DNA from: Eledone cirrhosa
Lineage: Eukaryota
Assembly (NCBI GenBank): GCA_964016885.1
Contig: OZ024740.1
Span: 228,532,001 to 228,596,000 of the forward strand
DNA length: 64,000 bases
Direction of reading: 5' to 3'
Shown: positions 34,801-49,800 of the stretch, piece after piece
How the letters are laid out: each line of letters begins with the position of its first letter
Numbering within the stretch: the first letter of the stretch is position 1
Notes under the pieces: model-generated
What the model was told of the DNA's origin: nothing
The model's database searches: none
What the model saw: only the letters and a program-made list of their open reading frames with translations
Made by a program: the position numbers and the translations under genes

Positions 34801-37800
34801 ATTGAACACAATTACAGTGTACAATAGTCATTTTAGTAATTGAACACAATTACAGTGTACAAGAGTCATTTTAGTCATTGAACACAATTACAGTGTACAA
34901 TTGTCATTTTAGTCATTGAACACAATTACAGTGTACAAGAGTCATTTTAGTCATTGAACACAATTACAGTGTACAATAGTCATATTAGTCATTGAACACA
35001 ATTACAGTGTACAAGAGTGATTTTAGTCATTGAACACAATTACAGTGTACAATAGTCATTTTAGTCATTGAACACAATTACAGTGTACAAGAGTGATTTT
35101 AGTCATTGAACACAATTACAGTGTACAATAGTCATTTTAGTCATTGAACAGAATTACAGTGTACAATAGTCATTTTAGTCATTGAACACAATTACAGTGT
35201 ACAATAGTCATTTTAGTCATTGAACACAATTACAGTGTACAATAGTCATTTTAGTCATTGAACACAATTACAGTGTACAATAGTCATATTAGACATTGAA
35301 CACAATTACAGTGTACAAGAGTCATTTTAGTCATTGAACACAATTACAGTGGACAATAGTCATTTTAGTCATTGAACACAATTACAGTGTACAAGAGTCA
35401 TTTTAGTCATTGAACACAATTACAGTGTACAATAGTCATTTTAGTCATTGAACACACTTACAGTGTACAAGAGTCATTTTAGTCATTCAACACAATTACA
35501 GTGTACAATAGTCATTTTAGTCATTGAACACAATTACAGTGTACAATAGTCATTTTAGTCATTGAACACAATTACAGTGTACGATAGTCATTTTAGTCAT
35601 TGAACACAATTACAGTGTACAATAGTCATTTTAGTCATTGAACACAATTACAGTGTACAATAGTCATTTTAGTCATTGAACACAATTACAGTGTACAATA
35701 GTCATTTTAGTCATTGAACTCAATTACAGTGTACAATAGTCATTTTAGTCATTGAACACAATTACAGTGTACAATAGTCATTTTAGTCATTGAACACAAT
35801 TACAGTGTACAATAGTCATATTAGTCATTGAACACAATTACAGTGTACAAGTGTCATTTTAGTCATTGAACACAATTACAGTGTACAATAGTCATTTTAG
35901 TCATTGAACACAATTACAGTGTACAAGAGTCATTTTAGTTATTGTACACAACTACAGTGTACAATAGTCATTTTAGTCATTGTACACAATTACAGTGTAC
36001 AATAGTCATTTTAGTCATTGAACACAATTACAGTGTACAATAGTCATTTTAGTCATTGAACACAATTACAGTGTACAATAGTCATTTTAGTCATTGAACA
36101 CAATTACAGTGTACAATAGTCATTTTAGTCATTGAACACAATTACAGTGTACAATAGTCATTTTAGTCATTGAACACAATTACAGTGTACAATAGTCATT
36201 TTAGTCATTGAACACAATTACAGTGTACAATAGTCATTTTAGTCATTGAACACAATTACAGTGTACAAGAGTCATTTTAGTCATTGAACACAATTACAGT
36301 GTACAATAGTCATTTTAGTCATTGAACACAATTACAGTGTACAATAGTCATTTTAGTCATTGAACTCAATTACAGTGTACAATAGTCATTTTAGTCATTG
36401 AACACAATTACAGTGTACAATAGTCAATTTAGTCATTGAACACAATTACAGTGTACAATAGTCATATTAGACATTGAACACAATTACAGTGTACAAGAGT
36501 CATTTTAGTCATTGAACCCAATTACAGTGTACAATAGTCATGTTAGTCATTGAACACAATTACAGTGTACAATACTCATTTTAGTCATTGAACACAATTA
36601 CAGTGTACAATAGTCATTTTAGTCATTGAACACAATTACAATGTACAATAGTCATTTTACTCATTGAACACAATTACTGTGTACAATAGTCATATTAGTC
36701 ATTGAACACAATTACAGTGTACAAGAGTCATTTTAGTCATTGAACACAATTACAGTGTACAATAGTCATTTTAGTCATTGAACGCAATTACAGTGTACAA
36801 TAGTCATTTTAGTCATTGAACTCAATTACAGTGTACAATAGTCATTTTAGTCATTGAACACAATTACAGTGTACAATAGTCATTTTAGTCATTGTACACA
36901 ATTACAGTGTACAATAGTCAATTTAGTCATTGAACACAATTACAGTGTACAATAGTCATATTAGACATTGAACACAATTACAGTGTACAAGAGTCATTTT
37001 AGTCATTGAACCCAATTACAGTGTACAATAGTCATGTTAGTCATTGAACACAATTACAGTGTACAATAGTCATTTTAGTCATTGAACACAATTACAGTGT
37101 ACAATAGTCATTTTAGTCATTGAACACAATTACAGTGTACAAGAGTCATTTTAGTCATTGAACACAATTACAGTGTACAATAGTCATTTTAGTCATTGAA
37201 CACAATTACAGTGTACAAGAGTCATTTTAGTCATTGAACACAATTACAGTGTACAATAGTCATATTAGTCATTGAACACAATTACAGTGTACAAGAGTCA
37301 TTTTATTCATTGAACACAATTACAGTGTACAATAGTTTATATTAGTCATTGAACACAATTACAGTGTACAAGAGTCATTTTAGTCATTGAACACAATTAC
37401 AGTGTACAATAGTCATTTTAGTCATTGAACATAATTACAGTGTACAATAGTCATTTTAGTCATTGAACACAATTACAGTGTACAATAGTCATTTTAGTCA
37501 TTGAACACAATTACAGTGTACAATAGTCATTTTATTCATTGAACACAATTACAGTGTACAATAGTCATTTTAGTCATTGAACACAATTACAGTGTACAAT
37601 AGTCATTTTAGTAATTGAACACAATTACAGTGTACAATAGTCATTTTAGTCATTGAACTCAATTACAGTGTACGATAGTCATTTTAGTCATTGAACTCAA
37701 TTACAGTGTACAATAGTCATTTTAGTCATTGAACACAATTACAGTGTACAATAGGCATTTTAGTCATTGAACAGAATTACAGTGTACAATAGTCATTTTA

Positions 37801-40800
37801 GTCATTGAACTCAATTACAGTGTACAATAGTCATTTTAGTCATTGAACACAATTACAGTGTACAATAGTCATTTTAGTCAGTATACACAATTACAGTGTA
37901 CAATAGTCATTTCAGTCATTGAACACAATTACAGTGTACAATAGTCATTTTAGTCATTGAACACAATTACAGTGTACAAGAGTCATTTTAGTCATTGAAC
38001 ACAATTACAGTGTACAATAGTCATTTTAGTCATTGAACACAATTACAGTGTACAACAGTCATTTTAGTCATTGAACACAATTACAGTGTACAATCGTCAT
38101 ATTAGTCATTGAACACAATTACAGTGTACAAGAGTCATTTTAGTCATTGAACACAATTACAGTGTACAATAGTTATATTAGTCATTGAACACAATTACAG
38201 TGTACCAGAGTCATTTTAGTCATTCAACACAATTAGAGTGTACAATAGTCATTTTAGTCATTGAACACAATTACAGTGTACAATAGTCATTTTAGTCATT
38301 GAACACAATTACAGTGTACAATAGTCATTTTAGTCATTGAACACAATTACAGTGTACAATAGTCATTTTAGTCATTGAACACAATTACAGTGTACAATAG
38401 TCATTTTAGTCATTGTACACAATTACAGTGTAGAATAGTCATTTTAGTCATTGAACACAATTACAGTGTACAATAGTCATTTTAGTCATTGAACACAATT
38501 ACAGTGTACAATAGTCATTTTAGTCATTGAACACAATTACAGTGTAGAATAGTCATTTTAGTCATTGAACACAATTACAGTGTACAATAGTCATTTTAGT
38601 AATTGAACACAATTACAGTGTACAAGAGTCATTTTAGTCATTGAACACAATTACAGTGTACAATTGTCATTTTAGTCATTGAACACAATTACAGTGTACA
38701 AGAGTCATTTTAGTCATTGAACACAATTACAGTGTACAATAGTCATATTAGTCATTGAACACAATTACAGTGTACAAGAGTGATTTTAGTCATTGAACAC
38801 AATTACAGTGTACAATAGTCATTTTAGTCATTGAACACAATTACAGTGTACAAGAGTGATTTTAGTCATTGAACACAATTACAGTGTACAATAGTCATTT
38901 TAGTCATTGAACAGAATTACAGTGTACAATAGTCATTTTAGTCATTGAACACAATTACAGTGTACAATAGTCATTTTAGTCATTGAACACAATTACAGTG
39001 TACAATAGTCATTTTAGTCATTGAACACAATTACAGTGTACAATAGTCATATTAGACATTGAACACAATTACAGTGTACAAGAGTCATTTTAGTCATTGA
39101 ACACAATTACAGTGGACAATAGTCATTTTAGTCATTGAACACAATTACAGTGTACAAGAGTCATTTTAGTCATTGAACACAATTACAGTGTACAATAGTC
39201 ATTTTAGTCATTGAACATACTTACAGTGTACAAGAGTCATTTTAGTCATTCAACACAATTACAGTGTACAATAGTCATTTTAGTCATTGAACACAATTAC
39301 AGTGTACAATAGTCATTTTAGTCATTGAACACAATTACAGTGTACGATAGTCATTTTAGTCATTGAACACAATTACAGTGTACAATAGTCATTTTAGTCA
39401 TTGAACACAATTACAGTGTACAATAGTCATTTTAGTCATTGAACACAATTACAGTGTACAATAGTCATTTTAGTCATTGAACTCAATTACAGTGTACAAT
39501 AGTCATTTTAGTCATTGAACACAATTACAGTGTACAATAGTCATTTTAGTCATTGAACACAATTACAGTGTACAATAGTCATATTAGTCATTGAACACAA
39601 TTACAGTGTACAAGTGTCATTTTAGTCATTGAACACAATTACAGTGTACAATAGTCATTTTAGTCATTGAACACAATTACAGTGTACAAGAGTCATTTTA
39701 GTCATTGTACACAACTACAGTGTACAATAGTCATTTTAGTCATTGTACACAATTACAGTGTACAATAGTCATTTTAGTCATTGAACACAATTACAGTGTA
39801 CAATAGTCATTTTAGTCATTGAACACAATTACAGTGTACAATAGTCATTTTAGTCATTGAACACAATTACAGTGTACAATAGTCATTTTAGTCATTGAAC
39901 ACAATTACAGTGTACAATAGTCATTTTAGTCATTGAACACAATTACAGTGTACAATAGTCATTTTAGTCATTGAACACAATTACAGTGTACAATAGTCAT
40001 TTTAGTCATTGAACACAATTACAGTGTACAAGAGTCATTTTAGTCATTGAACACAATTACAGTGTACAATAGTCATTTTAGTCATTGAACACAATTACAG
40101 TGTACAATAGTCATTTTAGTCATTGAACTCAATTACAGTGTACAATAGTCATTTTAGTCATTGAACACAATTACAGTGTACAATAGTCAATTTAGTCATT
40201 GAACACAATTACAGTGTACAATAGTCATATTAGACATTGAACACAATTACAGTGTACAAGAGTCATTTTAGTCATTGAACCCAATTACAGTGTACAATAG
40301 TCATGTTAGTCATTGAACACAATTACAGTGTACAATACTCATTTTAGTCATTGAACACAATTACAGTGTACAATAGTCATTTTAGTCATTGAACACAATT
40401 ACAGTGTACAAGAGTCATTTTAGTCATTGAACAGAATTACAGTGTACAATAGTCATTTTAGTCATTGAACTCAATTACAGTGTACAATAGTCATTTTAGT
40501 CATTGAACACAATTACAGTGTACAATAGTCATTTTAGTCATTATACACAATTACAGTGTACAATAGTCATTTCAGTCATTGAACACAATTACAGTGTACA
40601 ATAGTCATTTTAGTCATTGAACACAATTACAGTGTACAAGAGTCATTTTAGTCATTGAACACAATTACAGTGTACAATAGTCATTTTAGTCATTGAACAC
40701 AATTACAGTGTACAAGAGTCATTTTAGTCATTGAACACAATTACAGTGTACAATCGTCATATTAGTCATTGAACACAATTACAGTGTACAAGAGTCATTT

Positions 40801-43800
40801 TAGTCATTCAACACAATTAGAGTGTACAATAGTCATTTTAGTCATTGAACACAATTACAGTGTACAATAGTCATTTTAGTCATTGAACACAATTACAGTG
40901 TACAATAGTCATTTTAGTCATTGAACACAATTACAGTGTACAATAGTCATTTTAGTCATTGAACACAATTACAGTGTACAATAGTCATTTTAGTCATTGT
41001 ACACAATTACAGTGTAGAATAGTCATTTTAGTCATTGAACACAATTACAGTGTACAATAGTCATTTTAGTCATTGAACACAATTACAGTGTACAATAGTC
41101 ATTTTAGTCATTGAACACAATTACAGTGTACAATAGTCATTTTAGTCATTGAACACAATTACAGTGTAGAATAGTCATTTTAGTCATTGAACACAATTAC
41201 AGTGTACAATAGTCATTTTAGTAATTGAACACAATTACAGTGTACAAGAGTCATTTTAGTCATTGAACACAATTACAGTGTACAATTGTCATTTTAGTCA
41301 TTGAACACAATTACAGTGTACAAGAGTCATTTTAGTCATTGAACACAATTACAGTGTACAATAGTCATATTAGTCATTGAACACAATTACAGTGTACAAG
41401 AGTGATTTTAGTCATTGAACACAATTACAGTGTACAATAGTCATTTTAGTCATTGAACACAATTACAGTGTACAATAGTCATTTTAGTCATTGAACACAA
41501 TTACAGTGTACAATAGTCATTTTCGTCATTGAACAGAATTACAGTGTACAATAGTCATTTTAGTCATTGAACACAATTACAGTGTACAATAGTCATTTTA
41601 GTCATTGAACACAATTACAGTGTACAATAGTCATTTTAGTCATTGAACACAATTACAGTGTACAATAGTCATACTAGACATTGAACACAATTACAGTGTA
41701 CAAGAGTCATTTTAGTCATTGAACACAATTACAGTGGACAATAGTCATTTTAGTCATTGAACACAATTACAGTGTACAAGAGTCATTTTAGTCATTGAAC
41801 ACAATTACAGTGTACAATAGTCATTTTAGTCATTGAACACAATTACAGTGTACAAGAGTCATTTTAGTCATTGAACAGAATTACAGTGTACAATAGTCAT
41901 TTTAGTCATTGAACACAATTACAATGTACAATAGTCATTTTAGTCATTGAACACAATTACAGTGTACAATAGTCATTTTAGTCATTGAACACAATTACAG
42001 TGTACAATAGTCATATTAGTCATTGAACACAATTACAGTGTACAAGAGTCATTTTAGTCATTGAACACAATTACAGTGTACAAGAGTCATTTTAGTCATT
42101 GAACACAATTACAGTGTACAATAGACATTTTAGTCATTGAACACAATTACAGTGTACAATAGTCATTTTCGTCATTGAACACAATTACAGTGTACAATAG
42201 TCATTTTAGTCATTGAACACAATTACAGTGTACAGTAGTCATTTTAGTCATTGAACACAATTACAGTGTACAATAGTCATTTTAGTCATTGAACACAATT
42301 ACAGTGTACAATAGTCATTTTAGTCATTGAGCTCAATTAGAGTGTACAATAGTCATTTTAGTCATTGAACACAATTACAGTGTACAATAGTCATTTTAGT
42401 CATTGTACACAATTACAGTGTACAATAGTCATTTTAGTCATTGAACACAATTACAGTGTACAATAGTCATTTTAGTCATTGAACACAATTACAGTGTACA
42501 ATAGTCATTTTAGTCATTGAACACAATTACATGTACAATAGTCATTTTAGTCATTGAACACAATTACAGTGTACAATAGTCATTTTAGTCATTGAACACA
42601 ATTACAGTGTACAACAGTCATATTAGTCATTGAACACAATTACAGTGTACAATAGTCATTTTAGTCATTGAACACAATTACAGTGTACAATAGTCATTTT
42701 AGTCATTGTACACAATTACAGTGTACAATAGTCATTTTAGTCATTGTATACAATGACAGTGTACAATAGTCATTTTAGTCATTGTACACAATTACAGTGT
42801 ACAATAGTCATTTTAGTCATTGAACACAATTACAGTGTACAATAGTCATTTTAGTCATTGAACACAATTACAGTGTACAATAGTCATTTTAGTCATTGAA
42901 CACAATTACAGTGTACAAGAGTCATTTTAGTCATTGAACAGAATAACAGTGTACAATAGTCATTTTAGTCATTGAACACAATTACAATGTACAATAGTCA
43001 TTTTAGTCATTGAACACAATTACAGTGTACAATAGTCATTTTAGTCATTGAACACAATTACAGTGTACAAGAGTCATATTAGACATTGAACACAATTACA
43101 GTGTACAAGAGTCATTTTAGTCATTGAACACAATTACAGTGTACAATAGTCATTTTAGTCATTGAACACAATTACAGTGTACAATAGTCATTTTAGTCAT
43201 TGAACACAACTACAGTGTACAATAGTCATTTTAGTCATTGTATACAATGACAGTGTACAATAGTCATTTTAGTCATTGTACACAATTACAGTGTACAATA
43301 GTCATTTTAGTCATTGAACACAATTACAGTGTACAATAGTCATTTTAGTCATTGAACACAATTACAGTGTACAATAGTCATTTTAGTCATTGAACACAAT
43401 TACAGTGTACAAGAGTCATTTTAGTCATTGAACAGAATAACAGTGTACAATAGTCATTTTAGTCATTGAACACAATTACAATGTACAATAGTCATTTTAG
43501 TCATTGAACACAATTACAGTGTACAATAGTCATTTTAGTCATTGAACACAATTACAGTGTACAATAGTCATATTAGACATTGAACACAATTACAGTGTAC
43601 AAGAGTCATTTTAGTCATTGAACACAATTACAGTGTACAATAGTCATTTTACTCATTGAACACAATTACAGTGTACAATAGTCATTTTAGTCATTGAACA
43701 CAACTACAGTGTACAATAGTCATTTTAGTCATTGAACACAATTACAGTGTACAAGAGTCATTTTAGTCATTGAACACAATTACAGTGTAGAATAGTCATT

Positions 43801-46800
43801 TTAGTCATTGAACACAATTACAGTGTACAAGAGTCATTTTAGTCATTGAACACAATCACAGTGTACAATAGTCATTTTAGTCATTGAACACAATTACAGT
43901 GTACAAGAGTCATTTTAGTCATTGAACAGAATTACAGTGTACAATAGTCATTTTAGTCATTGAACACAATTACAATGTACAATAGTCATTTTAGTCATTG
44001 AAGACAATTACAGTGTACAATAGTCATTTTAGTCATTGAACACAATTACAGTGTACAATAGTCATATTAGACATTGAACACAATTACAGTGTACAAGAGT
44101 CATTTTAGTCATTGAACACAATTACAGTGTACAATAGTCATTTTAGTCATTGAACACAATTACAGTGTACAATAGTCATTTTAGTCATTGTATACAATTA
44201 CAGTGTACAATAGTCATTTTAGTCATTGAACACAATTACAGTGTACAAGAGTCATTTTAGTCATTGAACACAATTACAGTGTACAAGAGTCATTTTAGTC
44301 ATTGAACACAATTACAGTGTACAAGAGTCATTTTAGTCATTGAACACAATTACAGTGTACAATAGTCATATTAGTCATTGAACACAATTACAGTGTACAA
44401 GAGTCATTTTATTCATTGAACACAATTACAGTGTACAATAGTTTATATTAGTCATTGAACACAATTACAGTGTACAAGAGTCATTTTAGTCATTGAACAC
44501 AATTACAGTGGACAATAGTCATTTTAGTCATTGAACACAATTACAGTGTACAAGAGTCATTTTAGTCATTGAACACAATTACAGTGTACAATAGTCATTT
44601 TAGTCATTGAACACACTTACAGTGTACAAGAGTCATTTTAGTCATTCAACACAATTACAGTGTACAATAGTCATTTTAGTCATTGAACACAATTACAGTG
44701 TACAATAGTCATATTAGTCATTGAACACAATTACAGTGTACAAGAGTCATTTTATTCATTGAACACAATTACAGTGTACAATAGTTTATATTAGTCATTG
44801 AACACAATTACAGTGTACAAGAGTCATTTTAGTCATTGAACAAAATTACAGTGGACAATAGTCATTTTAGTCATTGAACACAATTACAGTGTACAATAGT
44901 CATTTTAGTCATTGAACACAATTACAGTGTACAATAGTCATTTTAGTCATTGAACACAATTACAGTGTACGATAGTCATTTTAGTCATTGAACACAATTA
45001 CAGTGTACAATAGTCATTTTAGTCATTGAACACAATTACAGTGTACAATAGTCATTTTAGTCATTGAACACAATTACAGTGTACAATAGTCATTTTAGTC
45101 ATTGAACTCAATTACAGTGTACAATAGTCATTTTAGTCATTGAACACAATTACAGTGTACAATAGTCATTTTAGTCATTGAACACAATTACAGTGTACAA
45201 TAGTCATATTAGTCATTGAACACAATTACAGTGTACAAGTGTCATTTTAGTCATTGAACACAATTACAGTGTACAATAGTCATTTTAGTCATTGAACACA
45301 ATTACAGTGTACAAGAGTCATTTTAGTCATTGAACAGAATTACAGTGTACAATAGTCATTTTAGTCATTGAACACAATTACAATGTACAATAGTCATTTT
45401 AGTCATTGAACACAATTACAGTGTACAATAGTCATTTTAGTCATTGAACACAATTACAGTGTACAATAGTCATATTAGTCATTGAACACAATTACAGTGT
45501 ACAAGAGTCATTTTAGTCATTGAACACAATTACAGTGTACAAGAGTCATTTTAGTCATTGAACACAATTACAGTGTACAATAGACATTTTAGTCATTGAA
45601 CACAATTACAGTGTACAATAGTCATTTTAGTCATTGAACACAATTACAGTGTACAATAGTCATTTTAGTCATTGAACACAATTACAGTGTACAGTAGTCA
45701 TTTTAGTCATTGAACACAATTACAGTGTACAATAGTCATTTTAGTCATTGAACACAATTACAGTGTACAATAGTCATTTTAGTCATTGAGCTCAATTAGA
45801 GTGTACAATAGTCATTTTAGTCATTGAACACAATTACAGTGTACAATAGTCATTTTAGTCATTGTACACAATTACAGTGTACAATAGTCATTTTAGTCAT
45901 TGAACACAATTACAGTGTACAATAGTCATTTTAGTCATTGAACACAATTTCAGTGTACAATAGTCATTTTAGTCATTGAACACAATTACATGTACAATAG
46001 TCATTTTAGTCATTGAACACAATTACAGTGTACAATAGTCATTTTAGTCATTGAACACAATTACAGTGTACAACAGTCATATTAGTCATTGAACACAATT
46101 ACAGTGTACAATAGTCATTTTAGTCATTGAACACAATTACAGTGTACAATAGTCATTTTAGTCATTGTACACAATCACAGTGTACAATAGTCATTTTAGT
46201 CATTGTATACAATGACAGTGTACAATAGTCATTTTAGTCATTGTACACAATTACAGTGTACAATAGTCATTTTAGTCATTGAACACAATTACAGTGTACA
46301 ATAGTCATTTTAGTCATTGAACACAATTACAGTGTACAATAGTCATTTTAGTCATTGAACACAATTACAGTGTACAAGAGTCATTTTAGTCATTGAACAG
46401 AATAACAGTGTACAATAGTCATTTTAGTCATTGAACACAATTACAATGTACAATAGTCATTTTAGTCATTGAACACAATTACAGTGTACAATAGTCATTT
46501 TAGTCATTGAACACAATTACAGTGTACAAGAGTCATATTAGACATTGAACACAATTACAGTGTACAAGAGTCATTTTAGTCATTGAACACAATTACAGTG
46601 TACAATAGTCATTTTAGTCATTGAACACAATTACAGTGTACAATAGTCATTTTAGTCATTGAACACAACTACAGTGTACAATAGTCATTTTAGTCATTGT
46701 ATACAATGACAGTGTACAATAGTCATTTTAGTCATTGTACACAATTACAGTGTACAATAGTCATTTTAGTCATTGAACACAATTACAGTGTACAATAGTC

Positions 46801-49800
46801 ATTTTAGTCATTGAACACAATTACAGTGTACAATAGTCATTTTAGTCATTGAACACAATTACAGTGTACAAGAGTCATTTTAGTCATTGAACAGAATAAC
46901 AGTGTACAATAGTCATTTTAGTCATTGAACACAATTACAATGTACAATAGTCATTTTAGTCATTGAACACAATTACAGTGTACAATAGTCATTTTAGTCA
47001 TTGAACACAATTACAGTGTACAATAGTCATATTAGACATTGAACACAATTACAGTGTACAAGAGTCATTTTAGTCATTGAACACAATTACAGTGTACAAT
47101 AGTCATTTTAGTCATTGAACACAATTACAGTGTACAATAGTCATTTTAGTCATTGAACACAACTACAGTGTACAATAGTCATTTTAGTCATTGAACACAA
47201 TTACAGTGTACAAGAGTCATTTTAGTCATTGAACACAATTACAGTGTAGAATAGTCATTTTAGTCATTGAACACAATTACAGTGTACAAGAGTCATTTTA
47301 GTCATTGAACACAATCACAGTGTACAATAGTCATTTTAGTCATTGAACACAATTACAGTGTACAAGAGTCATTTTAGTCATTGAACAGAATTACAGTGTA
47401 CAATAGTCATTTTAGTCATTGAACACAATTACAATGTACAATAGTCATTTTAGTCATTGAAGACAATTACAGTGTACAATAGTCATTTTAGTCATTGAAC
47501 ACAATTACAGTGTACAATAGTCATATTAGACATTGAACACAATTACAGTGTACAAGAGTCATTTTAGTCATTGAACACAATTACAGTGTACAATAGTCAT
47601 TTTAGTCATTGAACACAATTACAGTGTACAATAGTCATTTAGTCATTGTATACAATTACAGTGTACAATAGTCATTTTAGTCATTGAACACAATTACAGT
47701 GTACAAGAGTCATTTTAGTCATTGAACACAATTACAGTGTACAAGAGTCATTTTAGTCATTGAACACAATTACAGTGTACAAGAGTCATTTTAGTCATTG
47801 AACACAATTACAGTGTACAATAGTCATATTAGTCATTGAACACAATTACAGTGTACAAGAGTCATTTTATTCATTGAACACAATTACAGTGTACAATAGT
47901 TTATATTAGTCATTGAACACAATTACAGTGTACAAGAGTCATTTTAGTCATTGAACACAATTACAGTGTACAATAGACATTTTAGTCATTGAACACAATT
48001 ACTGTGTACAATAGTCATTTTAGTCATTGAACACAATTACAGTGTACAATAGTCATTTTAGTCATTGAACACAATTACAGTGTACAATAGTCATTTTAGT
48101 CATTGAACACAATTACAGTGTACAATAGTCATTTTAGTCATTGTACACAATTACAGTGTAGAATAGTCATTTTAGTCATTGAACACAATTACAGTGTACA
48201 ATAGTCATTTTAGTCATTGAACACAATTACAGTGTACAATAGTCATTTTAGTCATTGAACACAATTACAGTGTACAATAGTCATTTTAGTCATTGAACAC
48301 AATTACAGTGTAGAATAGTCATTTTAGTCATTGAACACAATTACAGTGTACAATAGTCATTTTAGTAATTGAACAGAATTACAGTGTACAAGAGTCATTT
48401 TAGTCACTGAACACAATTACAGTGTACAATTGTCATTTTAGTCATTGAACACAATTACAGTGTACAAGAGTCATTTTAGTCATTGAACACAATTACAGTG
48501 TACAATAGTCATATTAGTCATTGAACACAATTACAGTGTACAAGAGTCATTTTAGTCATTGAACACAATTACAGTGTACAATAGTCATTTTAGTCATTGA
48601 ACACAATTACAGTGTACAATAGTCATTTTAGTCATTGAACACAATTACAGTGTACAATAGTCATTTTAGTCATTGAACACAATTACAGTGTACAATAGTC
48701 ATTTTAGTCATTGAACACAATTACAGTGTACAATAGTCATTTTAGTCATTGAACACAATTACAGTGTACAATAGTCATATTAGACATTGAACACAATTAC
48801 AGTGTACAAGAGTCATTTTAGTCATTGAACACAATTACAGTGGACAATAGTCATTTTAGTCATTGAACACAATTACAGTGTACAAGAGTCATTTTAGTCA
48901 TTGAACACAATTACAGTGTACAATAGTCATTTTAGTCATTGAACACACTTACAGTGTACAAGAGTCATTTTAGTCATTCAACACAATTACAGTGTACAAT
49001 AGTCATTTTAGTCATTGAACACAATTACAGTGTACAATAGTCATTTTAGTCATTGAACACAATTACAGTGTACGATAGTCATTTTAGTCATTGAACACAA
49101 TTACAGTGTACAATAGTCATTTTAGTCATTGAACACAATTACAGTGTACAATAGTCATTTTAGTCATTGAACACAATTACAGTGTACAATAGTCATTTTA
49201 GTCATTGAACTCAATTACAGTGTACAATAGTCATTTTAGTCATTGAACACAATTACAGTGTACAATAGTCATTTTAGTCATTGAACACAATTACAGTGTA
49301 CAATAGACATATTAGTCATTGAACACAATTACAGTGTACAAGTGTCATTTTAGTCATTGAACACAATTACAGTGTACAATAGTCATTTTAGTCATTGAAC
49401 ACAATTACAGTGTACAAGAGTCATTTTAGTCATTGAACAGAATTACAGTGTACAATAGTCATTTTAGTCATTGAACACAATTACAATGTACAATAGTCAT
49501 TTTAGTCATTGAACACAATTACAGTGTACAATAGTCATTTTAGTCATTGAACACAATTACAGTGTACAATAGTCATATTAGTCATTGAACACAATTACAG
49601 TGTACAAGAGTCATTTTAGTCATTGAACACAATTACAGTGTACAAGAGTCATTTTAGTCATTGAACACAATTACAGTGTACAAGAGTCATTTTAGTCATT
49701 GAACACAATTACAGTGTACAATAGTCATTTTAGTCATTGAACACAATTACAGTGTACAATAGTCATTTTAGTCATTGAACACAATTACAGTGTAGAATAG

